Assembly: GCA_046765915.1 (NCBI GenBank)
Contig: JBKPTH010000003.1
Span: forward strand, 63,524-127,523
From: Acidobacteriota bacterium
GTDB lineage: Bacteria; Acidobacteriota; Thermoanaerobaculia; Multivoradales; UBA5704
Direction of reading: 5' to 3'
DNA: 64,000 bases
In this document: positions 25,703 through 38,652 of the stretch, piece by piece
Numbering within the stretch: position 1 is the stretch's first letter
Layout: the number at the start of each line of letters is the position of its first letter
Translations under genes and position numbers: made by a program
Notes under the pieces: model-generated
The model's input: only the letters and a program-made list of their open reading frames with translations
Database searches by the model: none
What the model was told of the DNA's origin: nothing

Positions 25703-27919
25703 TCACTTGGGCGGCAGCAACGCGCGCAGCCGCCGCCCGAATCCCACGTCGATCGCTTCCGGCGGCGGCTGCCGGATGAGGTGGAGGGGCCCGTCCTTTT
25801 CGAGGATGCGGGCATGCGTGCGGTCGTGCTCGTCGCGCCAGAAGCGCAATGACGCGGTGGTGCCGCCGACCCGGAGCCCGTGCAGCTCGACCGCCGGCAG
25901 CCAGGGCGGCAGGAGCGGATCGACGAGAAGGACGTGGCGGGCGGCGTAAGGCATGAGCCCGAGGAGCGTCTGCAGGACCAGCGACATGGCGCTGGCGTTC
26001 CACATCTGCGGGCTGTTCGACCGCGGGTAGGCCCCGGGGGTCGGGTGCTCGTCGGGCGCATAGCCGCCCACGGTCTCGGGCAGCCGGTCGCCGGCATAGA
26101 TCTCCGACAGCCGGAAGAGCGCCTCGGCCAGGCGCAGCGCTTCGACATCGAAACCCATCCGCCGCAGGCCGAAGCAGATGGTGGCGTTCTCGACCGGCCA
26201 CACCGTGCCGAGGTGGTAGCTCAGGGGGTTGTAGGACGGATGCCGAGTGGTCAGCGTGCGGATGCCCCAACCGCTGAACAGGTCGGGAGCGAGGAGGCGG
26301 TCGGCGACGTCGCGCAGATGCTCGCGGGCGATGATGCCGGTCGCCAGGCAGTGGCCGACGTTGGAGGTCGCGCTGCGCACGAGCCGCTTGTCGGGATCGA
26401 GCGCGAGGCCGTAGAAGCGCTCCTCCGGGTCCCAGAAGTCGCGGTTGAACCGCCGCTTGAGCGCGCGGGCGGCGCGCCAGAGCTCGCGGGCGCGGCGGCG
26501 CTCGCCGAGCACCCAGGCGAGCACCGCCATGAGCTGCTGGGCCGCATACCAGTACCCCTGCAGCTCGCAGGTAGCGATCGGCGCCGGCACCGGCCGTCCG
26601 TCCTCGTAGACGATGGCGTCGCCGCTGTCCTTCCAGCCCTGGTTCTTGGTGCCGGCGGGGGAGCGGGTCAGGTACTCCAGATAGCCGTCGCCGTCGCGGT
26701 CGCCATAGGTGCCGGCCCACTCCAGGATGCGGCAAGCGGTCCCCCAGTGCCGTTCGACGTCGGCGCGCTCTCCCGTCCAGGCGTAGAGATTGGCGAGCGA
26801 GATGACGTACATCAACGGGCTGGCGAAGTCGGCGTAATAAGCCGAGTAGGGATTGATCTCGAGCCGGGCGAGCGGACCCGCACGCACCTGGTACGGGATC
26901 CTGCCCGGCGCCTCGTCGCGCCAGGCGAAGTCTCTATCCGACTGCAATCTGCCCAGCCGGGTGAGGGCCGCGTCGAGCATCGCGCCGCGGTCGAGCAGCG
27001 CTCCCTGCCAGCCGGCGGTGAGGGCGTCACGGCCGAAGAAGGCGGGGTAGAGCGGCATGCCCGCCTGCAGCGCCAGCCACTCGTCGGGCTGTCCTTCGAG
27101 GCTCGGGAACGAGGCGAGGTCGTCGCCGGTGCGGCGAAGGATCCTCTCGGCGAGGGGATTGCCAGGCACCGTCACGCGGGTGAGGCCCTCCTGCCACCGG
27201 CGTAGGTGGTGGAGACGGGCCGCGCGGGCGGTCTCGTCCATCTCCTGGTCGGGATCGCAGGCGTCGACCTGTAGCTCGAACGTCGCCGCTGCCTGCGACG
27301 ACAGCTCGACACGGCTCGCCCAACGGTGGGGCTCCACGGTGATCCGGCCGCCGCCCGAGCCTTGGATCGTCGTGGCGAAGGCGAGCCGCGGATGCTCGTA
27401 GCGCAGGCGGATGACGCCCCCGGTGACGGTGGCGGCGACCGGGGCCTTCTGCTGGCGCCGGTCCTCGTGGGCCTCGAGCAGGTCCGCATAGTCGGCGGCG
27501 ACGACGAAGGCCACCTCGGGAGCCACGGGAACGCGCGAGCGGTTGTGGAGCCGCAAAGTGGCGCGCAGGCGGTGGGGCTCGAGCCGATAGATCAGGCGCA
27601 GGTCGAGCGAGCGGTGAGGGATGCCGTGCTCGTCCGTGGTCACCTCGTCGCCGGCGGCGCCGCTGCCGCCGCCGCCGAAACGGGCGAGCTCGGGGTGGAC
27701 GAAGACGAAGGCCAACTGCGTGGGGTCGGGACGCGCCCGCTCGCAGCACCAGGGCGCCACGCCGTCGATCTCGAGACGCAGGGTGGCGAGGTGGCGGGTC
27801 TCGCGCACGTAGAACCCGGTGAGCGGCTGGGCGTGCCCGCACTCCCCCTCGTGGTTGGTGATGAGCAGCGAGGGACCGAGCCAGGCGGCCGGCAGGTCCA
27901 TGCGAAGGGTCGCTGTCAT
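25703..27919 (-). CDS. Glycogen-debranching-enzyme-like protein (amylo-alpha-1,6-glucosidase, GDE_C family).
   Basis: 738 aa. The LFSGWGIRTLTTRHPSYNPLSYHLGTVWPVENA block is typical of bacterial GDE_C domains. Confidence 0.75.
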   Translation of the reverse strand: MTATLRMDLPAAWLGPSLLITNHEGECGHAQPLTGFYVRETRHLATLRLEIDGVAPWCCERARPDPTQLAFVFVHPELARFGGGGSGAAGDEVTTDEHGIPHRSLDLRLIYRLEPHRLRATLRLHNRSRVPVAPEVAFVVAADYADLLEAHEDRRQQKAPVAATVTGGVIRLRYEHPRLAFATTIQGSGGGRITVEPHRWASRVELSSQAAATFELQVDACDPDQEMDETARAARLHHLRRWQEGLTRVTVPGNPLAERILRRTGDDLASFPSLEGQPDEWLALQAGMPLYPAFFGRDALTAGWQGALLDRGAMLDAALTRLGRLQSDRDFAWRDEAPGRIPYQVRAGPLARLEINPYSAYYADFASPLMYVISLANLYAWTGERADVERHWGTACRILEWAGTYGDRDGDGYLEYLTRSPAGTKNQGWKDSGDAIVYEDGRPVPAPIATCELQGYWYAAQQLMAVLAWVLGERRRARELWRAARALKRRFNRDFWDPEERFYGLALDPDKRLVRSATSNVGHCLATGIIAREHLRDVADRLLAPDLFSGWGIRTLTTRHPSYNPLSYHLGTVWPVENATICFGLRRMGFDVEALRLAEALFRLSEIYAGDRLPETVGGYAPDEHPTPGAYPRSNSPQMWNASAMSLVLQTLLGLMPYAARHVLLVDPLLPPWLPAVELHGLRVGGTTASLRFWRDEHDRTHARILEKDGPLHLIRQPPPEAIDVGFGRRLRALLPPK

Positions 27920-27980
27920 GACCTCACCCTGGCGATGCGCCGCGGCCCGGCTGCGGTCAGCACGCCGGCGCTCGGGCGGA

Positions 27981-28598
27981 TCACGCCTTGTCGAACTTCG
28001 CCGGAAACTGGGCGATGATTCCGCTGCTCAGGGTATCGGCCATGTGCAAGATGTGATCGACGATGGCGTCGTAGTCCTTGATGTCCTGGTCGAACTTCCC
28101 TCCCAGCCGGTGGGTGGCCTCGTCGAGCGTCTGATCGAGGTGCGTCTTCATGGCCGACTGCAGTGCGGCCAGCGGCCAGTGGTCGGGGTTCGCCTTGTGC
28201 AGGAAGCCGGCGATGTCGTCGGCGTTGGCGTACCAGCGCTTCTTGGCGTCGGCGACCTTGGCCTGGTCTCCCGCCTTGGCCGCTCCCACCAGATCGGCGG
28301 CGATCAGGATGTGGTCCTTGAGCAGCGCCGTGAGCTGGTCGGCCGCCGGACGGCCGTAGAAGTCGGCGACGGCGTTGCCGATGTCGGTCTGATTGCGCAG
28401 CAGCCGGTCCGCGTTGAGCTTGGCGTCCGGAAGATTGCCCGCGACGCTGATGATGTAGAGCCGGGTCCACGCCACGTGGTCTTCCCAGAGCTTGCGCATG
28501 TCGTCTTGAAAGGTGCTCTTCGAATGCGCCCAGGCGGCGCTCGCCCCGGTGAGCCAGACAGCGAGCAGGGCGAGGATGAGTTTGGAAGGGCGATACAT
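27981..28598 (-). CDS. Secreted helical hypothetical protein (205 aa).
   Basis: Start MYRPSKLILALLAVWLTGASAAWAHS (signal peptide) with RBS GGAGGCTTCT. The ORF-track 246-aa version includes a non-coding extension. Confidence 0.65.
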   Translation of the reverse strand: MYRPSKLILALLAVWLTGASAAWAHSKSTFQDDMRKLWEDHVAWTRLYIISVAGNLPDAKLNADRLLRNQTDIGNAVADFYGRPAADQLTALLKDHILIAADLVGAAKAGDQAKVADAKKRWYANADDIAGFLHKANPDHWPLAALQSAMKTHLDQTLDEATHRLGGKFDQDIKDYDAIVDHILHMADTLSSGIIAQFPAKFDKA

Positions 28599-28730
28599 AG
28601 AAGCCTCCGGATGAGTGGTGAAGGCGGCAGCTTTATCGTGCCCCGATCTGTTAATTTCCTGCAAAAAACGCACCTGTCGCCTGGACGAGGCGAGGAGTTG
28701 AGCGGGATCGGCGCCGTACAACGGGGCTGC

Positions 28731-29288
28731 CTACACGCGGATGAACTCGTAGCCGCTGCGGTCGGCGGCCACCGGCGGCCGGCGCCCGTTGCCGTTGCCG
28801 GCGGGCGCGGCGCCGTTCTCCTGGGCGGCGACGGTGGGCCGGCGGAGCTGCTCCTGGCCGAACAGGCGCCGCAGGAACTTCATCGCCTCCTCCTCCACCA
28901 TCTCGGCGTCGAGCCGCTCGACGGACACCTTGGTGGAGAGCAGGCTGAAGCCGATGCCCTCGTGCATGATCTTCACCATCTGCGTCGCGTCGTCGCCGAA
29001 GAAGAGGAGCGAGCGCTCGTAGTCCTCCCAGCGGTCGAGCTTCACCTTGAGGCCCGCCGCGGTCGAGCGGTGGAAGATGGAAGCGGACTCGACCTTGCCC
29101 ACCATCACGTCCTTGATCTCCTCCAGGATGGGCATGATGACGGAGCGCGCGACGCGGCTGAACTGCTCGCGGAAGGGATCGTTCTGGCGCAGGATCTCCT
29201 CGGGACGGGTGCGCTTCTCCTCGATGATCTCCTCGTGACCCTTGAGCAGGATCTGCAGCCGCTCGAGATTGGATTTGGTCAGGTGCAC
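28731..29288 (-). CDS. Hypothetical cytoplasmic protein (185 aa, GTG start).
   Basis: AAAGGAACCACCC-GTG. No recognised domain. Confidence 0.5.
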   Translation of the reverse strand: MHLTKSNLERLQILLKGHEEIIEEKRTRPEEILRQNDPFREQFSRVARSVIMPILEEIKDVMVGKVESASIFHRSTAAGLKVKLDRWEDYERSLLFFGDDATQMVKIMHEGIGFSLLSTKVSVERLDAEMVEEEAMKFLRRLFGQEQLRRPTVAAQENGAAPAGNGNGRRPPVAADRSGYEFIRV

Positions 29289-29419
29289 GGGTGGTTCCTT
29301 TCTCGTCCGCCGGAGTGGTGGTGTTCCGGTGACGATCGGGTGTGCGAAGAGCGTGCCAGAGGGCGGGCAGAATCCGATCCCATCAGCTTCATGAATCCGG
29401 CCGGTGTCCGCGCCGCCGG

Positions 29420-29574
29420 CCCCTCACCTCCCCGGCCCTCCTCTCCCGCCTCACGCCCACCCTCCCGGGCGAGGAGGGAGACTGAAAAAGAAGAATTTCT
29501 TTGCTTTTTCCAACCCCCTCTCTCCCGGGGGAGGGCGTGCGGTGGGAGAGAGGGGGCAGGGGGGAGTGAGGGGC
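29420..29574. repeat. 155-bp MITE-like palindromic repeat element, copy 1.
   Basis: Near-identical to 35185..35339. Its two ~60-bp arms are imperfect reverse complements around an A/T-rich core (gagggagactgaaaaagaagaatttctttgctttttccaacccc). The 66-aa ORFs across both copies are not considered coding. Confidence 0.8.
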
Positions 29575-29616
29575 CTCGGCGGCGCGGAGAACCCTGAGGT
29601 TTAGTATTGCGGCGCC

Positions 29617-30108
29617 CTAGTCGTCCACCTCGGCCTTGATCGTCTGGGCCAGGAGGGAGCCGTCGGCCTGGCGGGCGCCGCGGCCTTCGACCCGGGTCGG
29701 ATCGCCGCCGGCCACGGAGGCGGCGACTTGCGCCAGGGAGGTGAGATCTCCGCGGGCGCTCCACTGGGTCTGGCCGTTGACGGCGATGCGGGTGCCGCCG
29801 GCGAGGACGATCGTGCCGCCGTTGACCGACGCCACGGTACCCTCGAACTCGGCGCCGGCCTGCGGAGGCTTCTGCCGGCCGTTGCCGCGGCCGCGGCGGT
29901 TGTTGTTGTCGGCCTGGCCGCCGCGATCGTCGCCGGCCGGATCGTCGGCGCCGTGCCGCTTCTCGCCCACGGTGGAGGCGGAGCTGGCGGCGGCGAGGGG
30001 CTCGTCGAAGGCGGGCTCGGTGGGGCTGTGGGCGTTCGAGCAGCCGACGGCGCCCACGGCGAGGGTGGAGAGGGAGGCGAGGAGGACGAAAGCGCGATGG
30101 CGGTTCAT
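29617..30108 (-). CDS. Lipoprotein (163 aa), DUF5666-like C-terminal region (tentative).
   Basis: MNRHRAFVLLASLSTLAVGAVGC fits a lipobox. RBS AAAGGAGCC. Confidence 0.6.
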   Translation of the reverse strand: MNRHRAFVLLASLSTLAVGAVGCSNAHSPTEPAFDEPLAAASSASTVGEKRHGADDPAGDDRGGQADNNNRRGRGNGRQKPPQAGAEFEGTVASVNGGTIVLAGGTRIAVNGQTQWSARGDLTSLAQVAASVAGGDPTRVEGRGARQADGSLLAQTIKAEVDD

Positions 30109-30167
30109 GAAAAGGCTCCTTTCATCGGTTTGAGGGGCGGCGAGCATCTCGGCCGCGGCCCGATTTC

Positions 30168-32660
30168 ATGCTCACTCCGATGAGACAGGCGCAGACGCCG
30201 GCGGGAACAGCGAAGTCGAGACTTTTTTCGGCCGCCCTGCTGAGCGCCGTCCTCCTCGCCGGCGCGCCGGCCGCGGCGCAGTCCATCGACGAGGCGATCT
30301 CCCTGCACGCCGCGGGACGGCTGCGCGAGGCGTTGCGCGCGTACCGGTCGGTGGCCGCGGCCACCGCCGGCTCGGATCCCGCCGCGGCGGCCACGGCGCT
30401 CAACAACGCCTGCGTCCTCCTCGGCGATCTGGGAGATTTCCGCGCCGCGCTCCCCGACTGCCGGGAGGCCTTGCGCCTGCGCCGCGTTCTCGGCGATCCG
30501 GCGGCCGTCGCCGAGACGCTCAACAACTTGGGGCTGACGCTCGAAGCGCTGGGCCGGCCGGACGAGGCGGAGCCGCCGTTCCGCGCCGCCCTGGCGCTCA
30601 ACCGCAAGCTCGGCGACGCCGAGGCGCAGGCCATCAACCTGGGGAACCTCGCGGCCCTCGCCCTCACCCGCGGCCGCTACTCCGCGGCGATGCGGCTCTA
30701 CGTCGAAGCCGGGGATCTCGCGGCGCGGCACCGCGGCGAGCCCTGGGCGGCCGGGCAGCGGGCCATCGCGCGCATCAACCAGGGCGTGGTCTTCGAGAAG
30801 ATGGGAGCATTCCGCGAGGCGCTCGGCCTCTACAAGGAGCTGCTCGCCGGCAGCGAGGCCCTGGAGCCGCGGCGGCGCGCCGCCCTGCTCGTCAACGCGG
30901 GGGTGATCCAGCGCAACCTGGGAGATCCGGTGAGCGCCGTGGCCGCCTTCCAGGAGGCCGTCGCCGTCTTTCGCCGCGGCGGGGATCTGGCGGGGCTCTC
31001 GAACGCGTTCCTCAACCTCGGCCTCGCGCTGCATCTCAACCTCGAGCGGCCGGCGGAAGCCGAGGCGGCGTACCGCGAAGCGCTCGCGCTGGCCCGGCAA
31101 AGCGGCGACCGCACGGAGGAGATCCAGGACCTCTTCTATCTGGGCCGCCTCCTCGTGGCGCGCCGGCGGCTCGCGGAGGCGGAGGAGGTCTACCGCCATT
31201 GTTTGGCGGCGGCGCAAGAGAGCGGCTCGGCGGAGGGCCTGTGGTCGGCCCGCGAAGGGCTGGGCCGGACGGCCGCGGCGCGCGGGGATCTCGCCGGCGC
31301 CCTGGCGCATTTCGAGCAGGCGCTGCGCGAGATCGAGCGGGTGCGGCAGGGCCTGACGCGCGAGTCGTGGCGCGCCGGCTACTTCGGCGACAAGCGCGCG
31401 GTGTACGCGGCCACGGTGGATGTTCTATGGCGCATGGAACGCCGGAGCCGGGGACGCGGCGCCGCCCGCGCTCTGGAAGTGGTGCAGCGGGCCAAGGCGC
31501 GGGATCTTCTCGACGCCTTGGGACCCGGTAAGGCGCCGGCGGCGCCGCTGCGCGCGGCCGAGATCCAGGAGCGGGCCGGGGAGGGGACGGTGCTCGAATA
31601 CTTCTTCGGCGAGGACCATCTCTATCGCTGGGAGATCCGCCGGAACGGCCTGCGGATGGCGGATCTCGGTCCCAAGCGGTCGGTGCTGGAGGCCGTCCTC
31701 CGGGTCCACGGCAGCCTGGCCCGCGGCGCCGAGCCTCCGCCGGGAGACGTGGCCCGGCTGTCGCGATCTCTCCTCGCGGCAAAAGAACCGGGAGGTCTCC
31801 TCCGCATCGCGCCGGACGGCCTTCTCCATTACCTGCCGTTCGAAATCCTCGAACGCTCGGGGGTTCCCCTGGTCGAGAGAGCGGCCGTGGTGTACCTGCC
31901 CAGCGCCTCGGTGCTCGGATCGCGGCGGACGGGAGGAGGCGGAACATCTCTCCGCTTGATCGGATTTGGAGCTCCGCGCCAACCGCGATCCGTGCCCCTG
32001 CCGGCCGCAACGCGGGAGCTGGCGGCGATCGGCCGCCTGCTCGGCGGGCGCAGCGCCCTGCTGCTGGGCGAGCGGGCGACGGAGGAGGCCTTTCGCCGCG
32101 CCGTGACCGGCGGCGCGCGGGTGGTACACCTCGCGACGCACACCGTGGTCGCCGAGGGCCCGGGCGGCGGCGCCGCGATCCTTCTCAGCCCCGGCGGCAA
32201 GGACGACGGCCTGCTGCATCCGGCGGAGATCGCCGGCCTCCGCGGCCGCTGCGATCTCGCGGTGCTCGCGGCCTGTCGCACGGCCCTGGGCTCCGGCGAG
32301 GAGGGGCGGGCCCTGGCCTCCCTCACCGGCTCGTTCCTCGCCGCGGGCTCGCGGTCCGTGGTGGCGACGCTGTGGGACGTCGGAGACGCTGCGACCGCCG
32401 TCTTCATGGAGCAGCTCTACGCGCAGCTCGGAGGCGGGCAGACTCCGGCCGAAGCCCTGCGCCAGGCCAAGCTGCGGCTGCGCGCCGATCCGCGGTGGAA
32501 CCGGTCCGCCCTCTGGGCCGGTTACGTCCTGGTGGGGGAGGGTCCGCGCGTGGCGCCGCGGCGCTGGCCGTGGGAAGCGGCCATGGGGGTCCTCTTAACG
32601 CTGGGCGGGCTCGCGGCCCTCCTCCTCAGCGGAAGGCGAGGGCGCCGTTCTCGATCTTGA
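30168..32660 (+). CDS. TPR-repeat + CHAT (caspase-like) domain protein with signal peptide and C-terminal hydrophobic anchor.
   Basis: N-terminal TPR repeats (LNNLG..., LGNLA...). The C-terminal CHAT domain carries a His/Cys dyad context HLATHTVVAEG ... CDLAVLAACRTALG. The tail WEAAMGVLLTLGGLAALLLSGRRGRRSRS is a TM helix plus basic residues, resembling a C-terminal sorting signal. Confidence 0.75.
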   Translation: MLTPMRQAQTPAGTAKSRLFSAALLSAVLLAGAPAAAQSIDEAISLHAAGRLREALRAYRSVAAATAGSDPAAAATALNNACVLLGDLGDFRAALPDCREALRLRRVLGDPAAVAETLNNLGLTLEALGRPDEAEPPFRAALALNRKLGDAEAQAINLGNLAALALTRGRYSAAMRLYVEAGDLAARHRGEPWAAGQRAIARINQGVVFEKMGAFREALGLYKELLAGSEALEPRRRAALLVNAGVIQRNLGDPVSAVAAFQEAVAVFRRGGDLAGLSNAFLNLGLALHLNLERPAEAEAAYREALALARQSGDRTEEIQDLFYLGRLLVARRRLAEAEEVYRHCLAAAQESGSAEGLWSAREGLGRTAAARGDLAGALAHFEQALREIERVRQGLTRESWRAGYFGDKRAVYAATVDVLWRMERRSRGRGAARALEVVQRAKARDLLDALGPGKAPAAPLRAAEIQERAGEGTVLEYFFGEDHLYRWEIRRNGLRMADLGPKRSVLEAVLRVHGSLARGAEPPPGDVARLSRSLLAAKEPGGLLRIAPDGLLHYLPFEILERSGVPLVERAAVVYLPSASVLGSRRTGGGGTSLRLIGFGAPRQPRSVPLPAATRELAAIGRLLGGRSALLLGERATEEAFRRAVTGGARVVHLATHTVVAEGPGGGAAILLSPGGKDDGLLHPAEIAGLRGRCDLAVLAACRTALGSGEEGRALASLTGSFLAAGSRSVVATLWDVGDAATAVFMEQLYAQLGGGQTPAEALRQAKLRLRADPRWNRSALWAGYVLVGEGPRVAPRRWPWEAAMGVLLTLGGLAALLLSGRRGRRSRS

Positions 32661-33615
32661 GCCGCAGCTTGCGGCCCCGCACGCTCAGCAGGTACGTGCC
32701 GGCGGGATCGAGCGTCACCGGCGACGAGGTGCCGACCGCGGCCGAGGCGCGCGTCGGCAGGCTGATGCCGAGGAAGGTTCCGGGCACGGTGTTGAGCGTC
32801 TTGTCCGGCGACTGGAAGTTGACGACGAGGACGCCCGGCGTCGAGCGGTCCACCTGGAACGTCGCCTTGCCGTAGCGGGGGTCGATGCGCACCGCCGCCG
32901 GGCCGGCGGCCACGGCGGGATTGAAGCGCAGGGTCACCCGGCCGCCGGAGACCGCGAACGGCTCGAAGGTCGAGACCCCCAACTCCGCCGTCTCGCCCGG
33001 CGCGAGCTCGTCCCCTTCGGCCTCGACGGCCAGCGGATCGGTGGCGGCGCGGATGGTGAGCTCGGCGTTGAGAGGCTCGATGGCGATCGCGCGGCCGGAG
33101 TCGTCCGTCAGCGAGGTGAGCCCCGGGTCCACCTCCAGGAGATAGGTCTCGCCGGGAGTCAGGGACGGGTCGAGGCGCAGGAAGAAGACCGCCAGCGGGC
33201 CGTCCGCGGCGTTGACCGTGGCGGACGGCGAGGCGAACTGCACCTTGATCGCCTGGCTCTCCGCAGCGCCGGAGAGGGAGGCCTGGTTGGTGGCGTCGAC
33301 GCGCGTGCTGTAGACGACGGCGCTCACCAGCGTGGCGATCGGCCGCAGCGGCTGGGTGAGCTCGGCGACGGTGAGCGCCGCCTTGGACGCCGGGCGCCGG
33401 CGGACGCGCAGCGAGATCTGCCCCTGGCGGATGGGGCGCGCCGCATAGGTGCGCAGCACGACGGCCGTGGTGCCGCCCGGCTTGCCGATCGCCGGATTGA
33501 CGCGCAGCTTCAACGTCCGCTCGCCGCGCCGGGCCGCCGCCTCCGGCACGCCGGAGAGCAGGACCGCCAGGGCGATCAGGGCGGAGCACAGGGGAAAACG
33601 CAGGGTTCGGATCAT
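32626..33615 (-). CDS. Secreted hypothetical protein (329 aa), last gene of the ECF sigma/anti-sigma operon.
   Basis: Start MIRTLRFPLCSALIALAVLLSGVPEAAA (signal peptide). The ORF-track 416-aa version is over-extended. Confidence 0.6.
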   Translation of the reverse strand: MIRTLRFPLCSALIALAVLLSGVPEAAARRGERTLKLRVNPAIGKPGGTTAVVLRTYAARPIRQGQISLRVRRRPASKAALTVAELTQPLRPIATLVSAVVYSTRVDATNQASLSGAAESQAIKVQFASPSATVNAADGPLAVFFLRLDPSLTPGETYLLEVDPGLTSLTDDSGRAIAIEPLNAELTIRAATDPLAVEAEGDELAPGETAELGVSTFEPFAVSGGRVTLRFNPAVAAGPAAVRIDPRYGKATFQVDRSTPGVLVVNFQSPDKTLNTVPGTFLGISLPTRASAAVGTSSPVTLDPAGTYLLSVRGRKLRLKIENGALAFR

Positions 33616-33632
33616 GATGCCAGCTCCCAGGA

Positions 33633-34421
33633 TTACAGCGGCCCTTCCGGTCGGGGTTTCGTCCTGAAGGAGATCGGTTCCGAGGCCGCGAGCACGGAAC
33701 CGTCCGCTCCCAAAGCCTCTACGTTCCAGGTATAGGTGACCGCCCGGTGCAGGCGGCCGGCCGCTTCGTCCGGCAGGCGGGCCGGCGGCGCGGGGACCAC
33801 GGACTCCCAGAGGACCGTACCGTCCACCGCGGTCAGCCGCACGCGGTAAGAAAGAGCACCTTGCCAAGGATTCCAACGCAACTCGCGGGGAATCTCTTCC
33901 AGCTCGCCGCGCGGCGCCAGCGCCTCGATCTCGGCGCTGCGCATCACGCCGCCCGTCTGCGGAGCGGGGAGCGGCGGCTGCGGCCGGTAGAGAGCCCGGA
34001 AGCCCAGCCCCGCGGCGAGGATGAGCACGGCCGCGGCGGCGAGGCGGGTGAAGGTGAAGGAGCGCGAGCGCGCGGGGGGCGCCTGAGGGCGCGGGCCGCG
34101 GAACGGCACGACCTTGGCTGCCGGCTTGGCAACCGGCGAGCTTTCCTCGAGCCTCGAGACGACGAACGCCACGTCCTCGGGGCGTGCGCCGGCCGCTTCC
34201 GGAGCGGCGTCCCAGAGGCGGGCGAGATCCCGCTCGGCGGCGCAGGCCGGGCAGCGGTCGGCGTGCTCGTCGAGGGCCCGCCGGGCGTCCGACGGCAGGG
34301 CGCCGGATTCCGCCTCCAGGTAGGCCTCGGGCGGCGGGCAGCCGGCGTCCGCGGACGCCTCTGGGGATGAATACGCGGCGCGCAGCCAGTCCTGCAGATC
34401 TCGGGGTGCGTCGGTCGTCAT
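33633..34421 (-). CDS. Anti-sigma factor (zinc-finger HxxxCxxC plus a single TM helix).
   Basis: LDEHADRCPACAAERD motif and TM FTFTRLAAAAVLILAAGLGF. Overlaps the stop of the upstream ECF sigma gene. Confidence 0.75.
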   Translation of the reverse strand: MTTDAPRDLQDWLRAAYSSPEASADAGCPPPEAYLEAESGALPSDARRALDEHADRCPACAAERDLARLWDAAPEAAGARPEDVAFVVSRLEESSPVAKPAAKVVPFRGPRPQAPPARSRSFTFTRLAAAAVLILAAGLGFRALYRPQPPLPAPQTGGVMRSAEIEALAPRGELEEIPRELRWNPWQGALSYRVRLTAVDGTVLWESVVPAPPARLPDEAAGRLHRAVTYTWNVEALGADGSVLAASEPISFRTKPRPEGPL

Positions 34422-35023
34422 GGCACGATCCCTTCAGCGGACTGGCGGGCGAGCCACCGTCCGAAGCGGCGCTTGAGCTTCCGCCCGCCGCTCACGATGT
34501 AGGCCTTGGCGCCCGATTTGTTGGCGAGCTGCAGCAGGTCCGTGATGCCGGCGAGCGGCATGCCGTCGACGTAGTGGAGGTAGAGGACCCTGGCTTCCAG
34601 CGGCTCCAGGTCCCGCGCCATGGCCTCGCGCAGCGCCGCCGCGATCTGGCCGCGTCCGAGCTCCTCGTCCGCTCCCGGAGAAGGCTCCACGGGCTCGGGC
34701 ACCGCTTCGTCGTCCAGGTCCTGGGTCTCCCGCCGCCGCGCCGCGATGCCGCGGTTGATGGCGACGCTCCGCGTCACCGTGTAGAGCCAGGTCGAGAACC
34801 GGCTCTCGCCGCGGAAGGAGCCGAGCCGCTCGTGCACCCGCAGGAACACCTCCTGCGCCAGGTCGGCCGCCTCCTGCCGGTCGCCCGAGATGCGCAGGCA
34901 CCAGGCGGTCACCTTGGCGTAGTAGCGCCGGTAGAGAAGGGCCAGCGCCGCGTCGGCCGCGGAGCCGGGCTGCCGCCGCGCCGTCTCGATCAGCTCTTTG
35001 TCGGTGAGGGTGTCGAAATCCAT
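34418..35023 (-). CDS. ECF (sigma-70 family, RpoE-like) sigma factor.
   Basis: Region 2 (LAQEVFLRVHERLGSF, FSTWLYTVTRSVAINR) and region 4 (ARVLYLHYVDGMPLAGITDLLQLANKSGAKAYIVSGGRKLKRRF). Confidence 0.85.
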   Translation of the reverse strand: MDFDTLTDKELIETARRQPGSAADAALALLYRRYYAKVTAWCLRISGDRQEAADLAQEVFLRVHERLGSFRGESRFSTWLYTVTRSVAINRGIAARRRETQDLDDEAVPEPVEPSPGADEELGRGQIAAALREAMARDLEPLEARVLYLHYVDGMPLAGITDLLQLANKSGAKAYIVSGGRKLKRRFGRWLARQSAEGIVP

Positions 35024-35184
35024 GCCGGAGGGTGTGGAGAGGGGCCGGCCTAGGATAACCGACGCAAGGCGCTGGGGAGAGGGCGAGGGCGTGCATCATG
35101 GGGTGAGACAGCGCCGGAGGTGCGGGGGAACAACTATCCGATCCGATTCTTCTCGATCATCGGAGCGTCTCCGTGCCGCCGAAG

Positions 35185-35339
35185 CCCCTCACCTCCCCGG
35201 CCCTCCTCTCCCGCCTCACGCCCACCCTCCCGGGCGAGGAGGGAGACTGCAAAAGAAGAACTTTCTTTGCTTTTTCCAACCCCCTCTCTCCCGGGGGTCG
35301 GGTGTGTGGTGGGAGAGAGGGGGCAGGGGGAGTGAGGGG
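35185..35339. repeat. 155-bp MITE-like palindromic repeat element, copy 2.
   Basis: See 29420..29574. ~93% identity. Lies in the intergenic region upstream of carB. Confidence 0.8.
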
Positions 35340-35421
35340 CCCGCCGGCGCCGACGACGCTGCAACCATCGTGAACGGCCGGATCGGAGCAACCCAGGCCC
35401 CTGCGATACACTCCCCTCCCA

Positions 35422-38648
<3,227 letters not shown>

Positions 38649-38652
<4 letters not shown>

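Noticed and set aside
27819-29597. 592-aa plus-strand ORF
   Set aside because: It spans three minus-strand genes with RBSs and signal peptides and runs through the MITE-like repeat. It is an artefact.
29404-29604. 66-aa ORFs inside both MITE-like repeats (also 35173..35373)
   Set aside because: The repeat is palindromic and G/C-biased. The peptides differ between copies despite the nucleotide similarity and have no RBS, so they are most likely non-coding.
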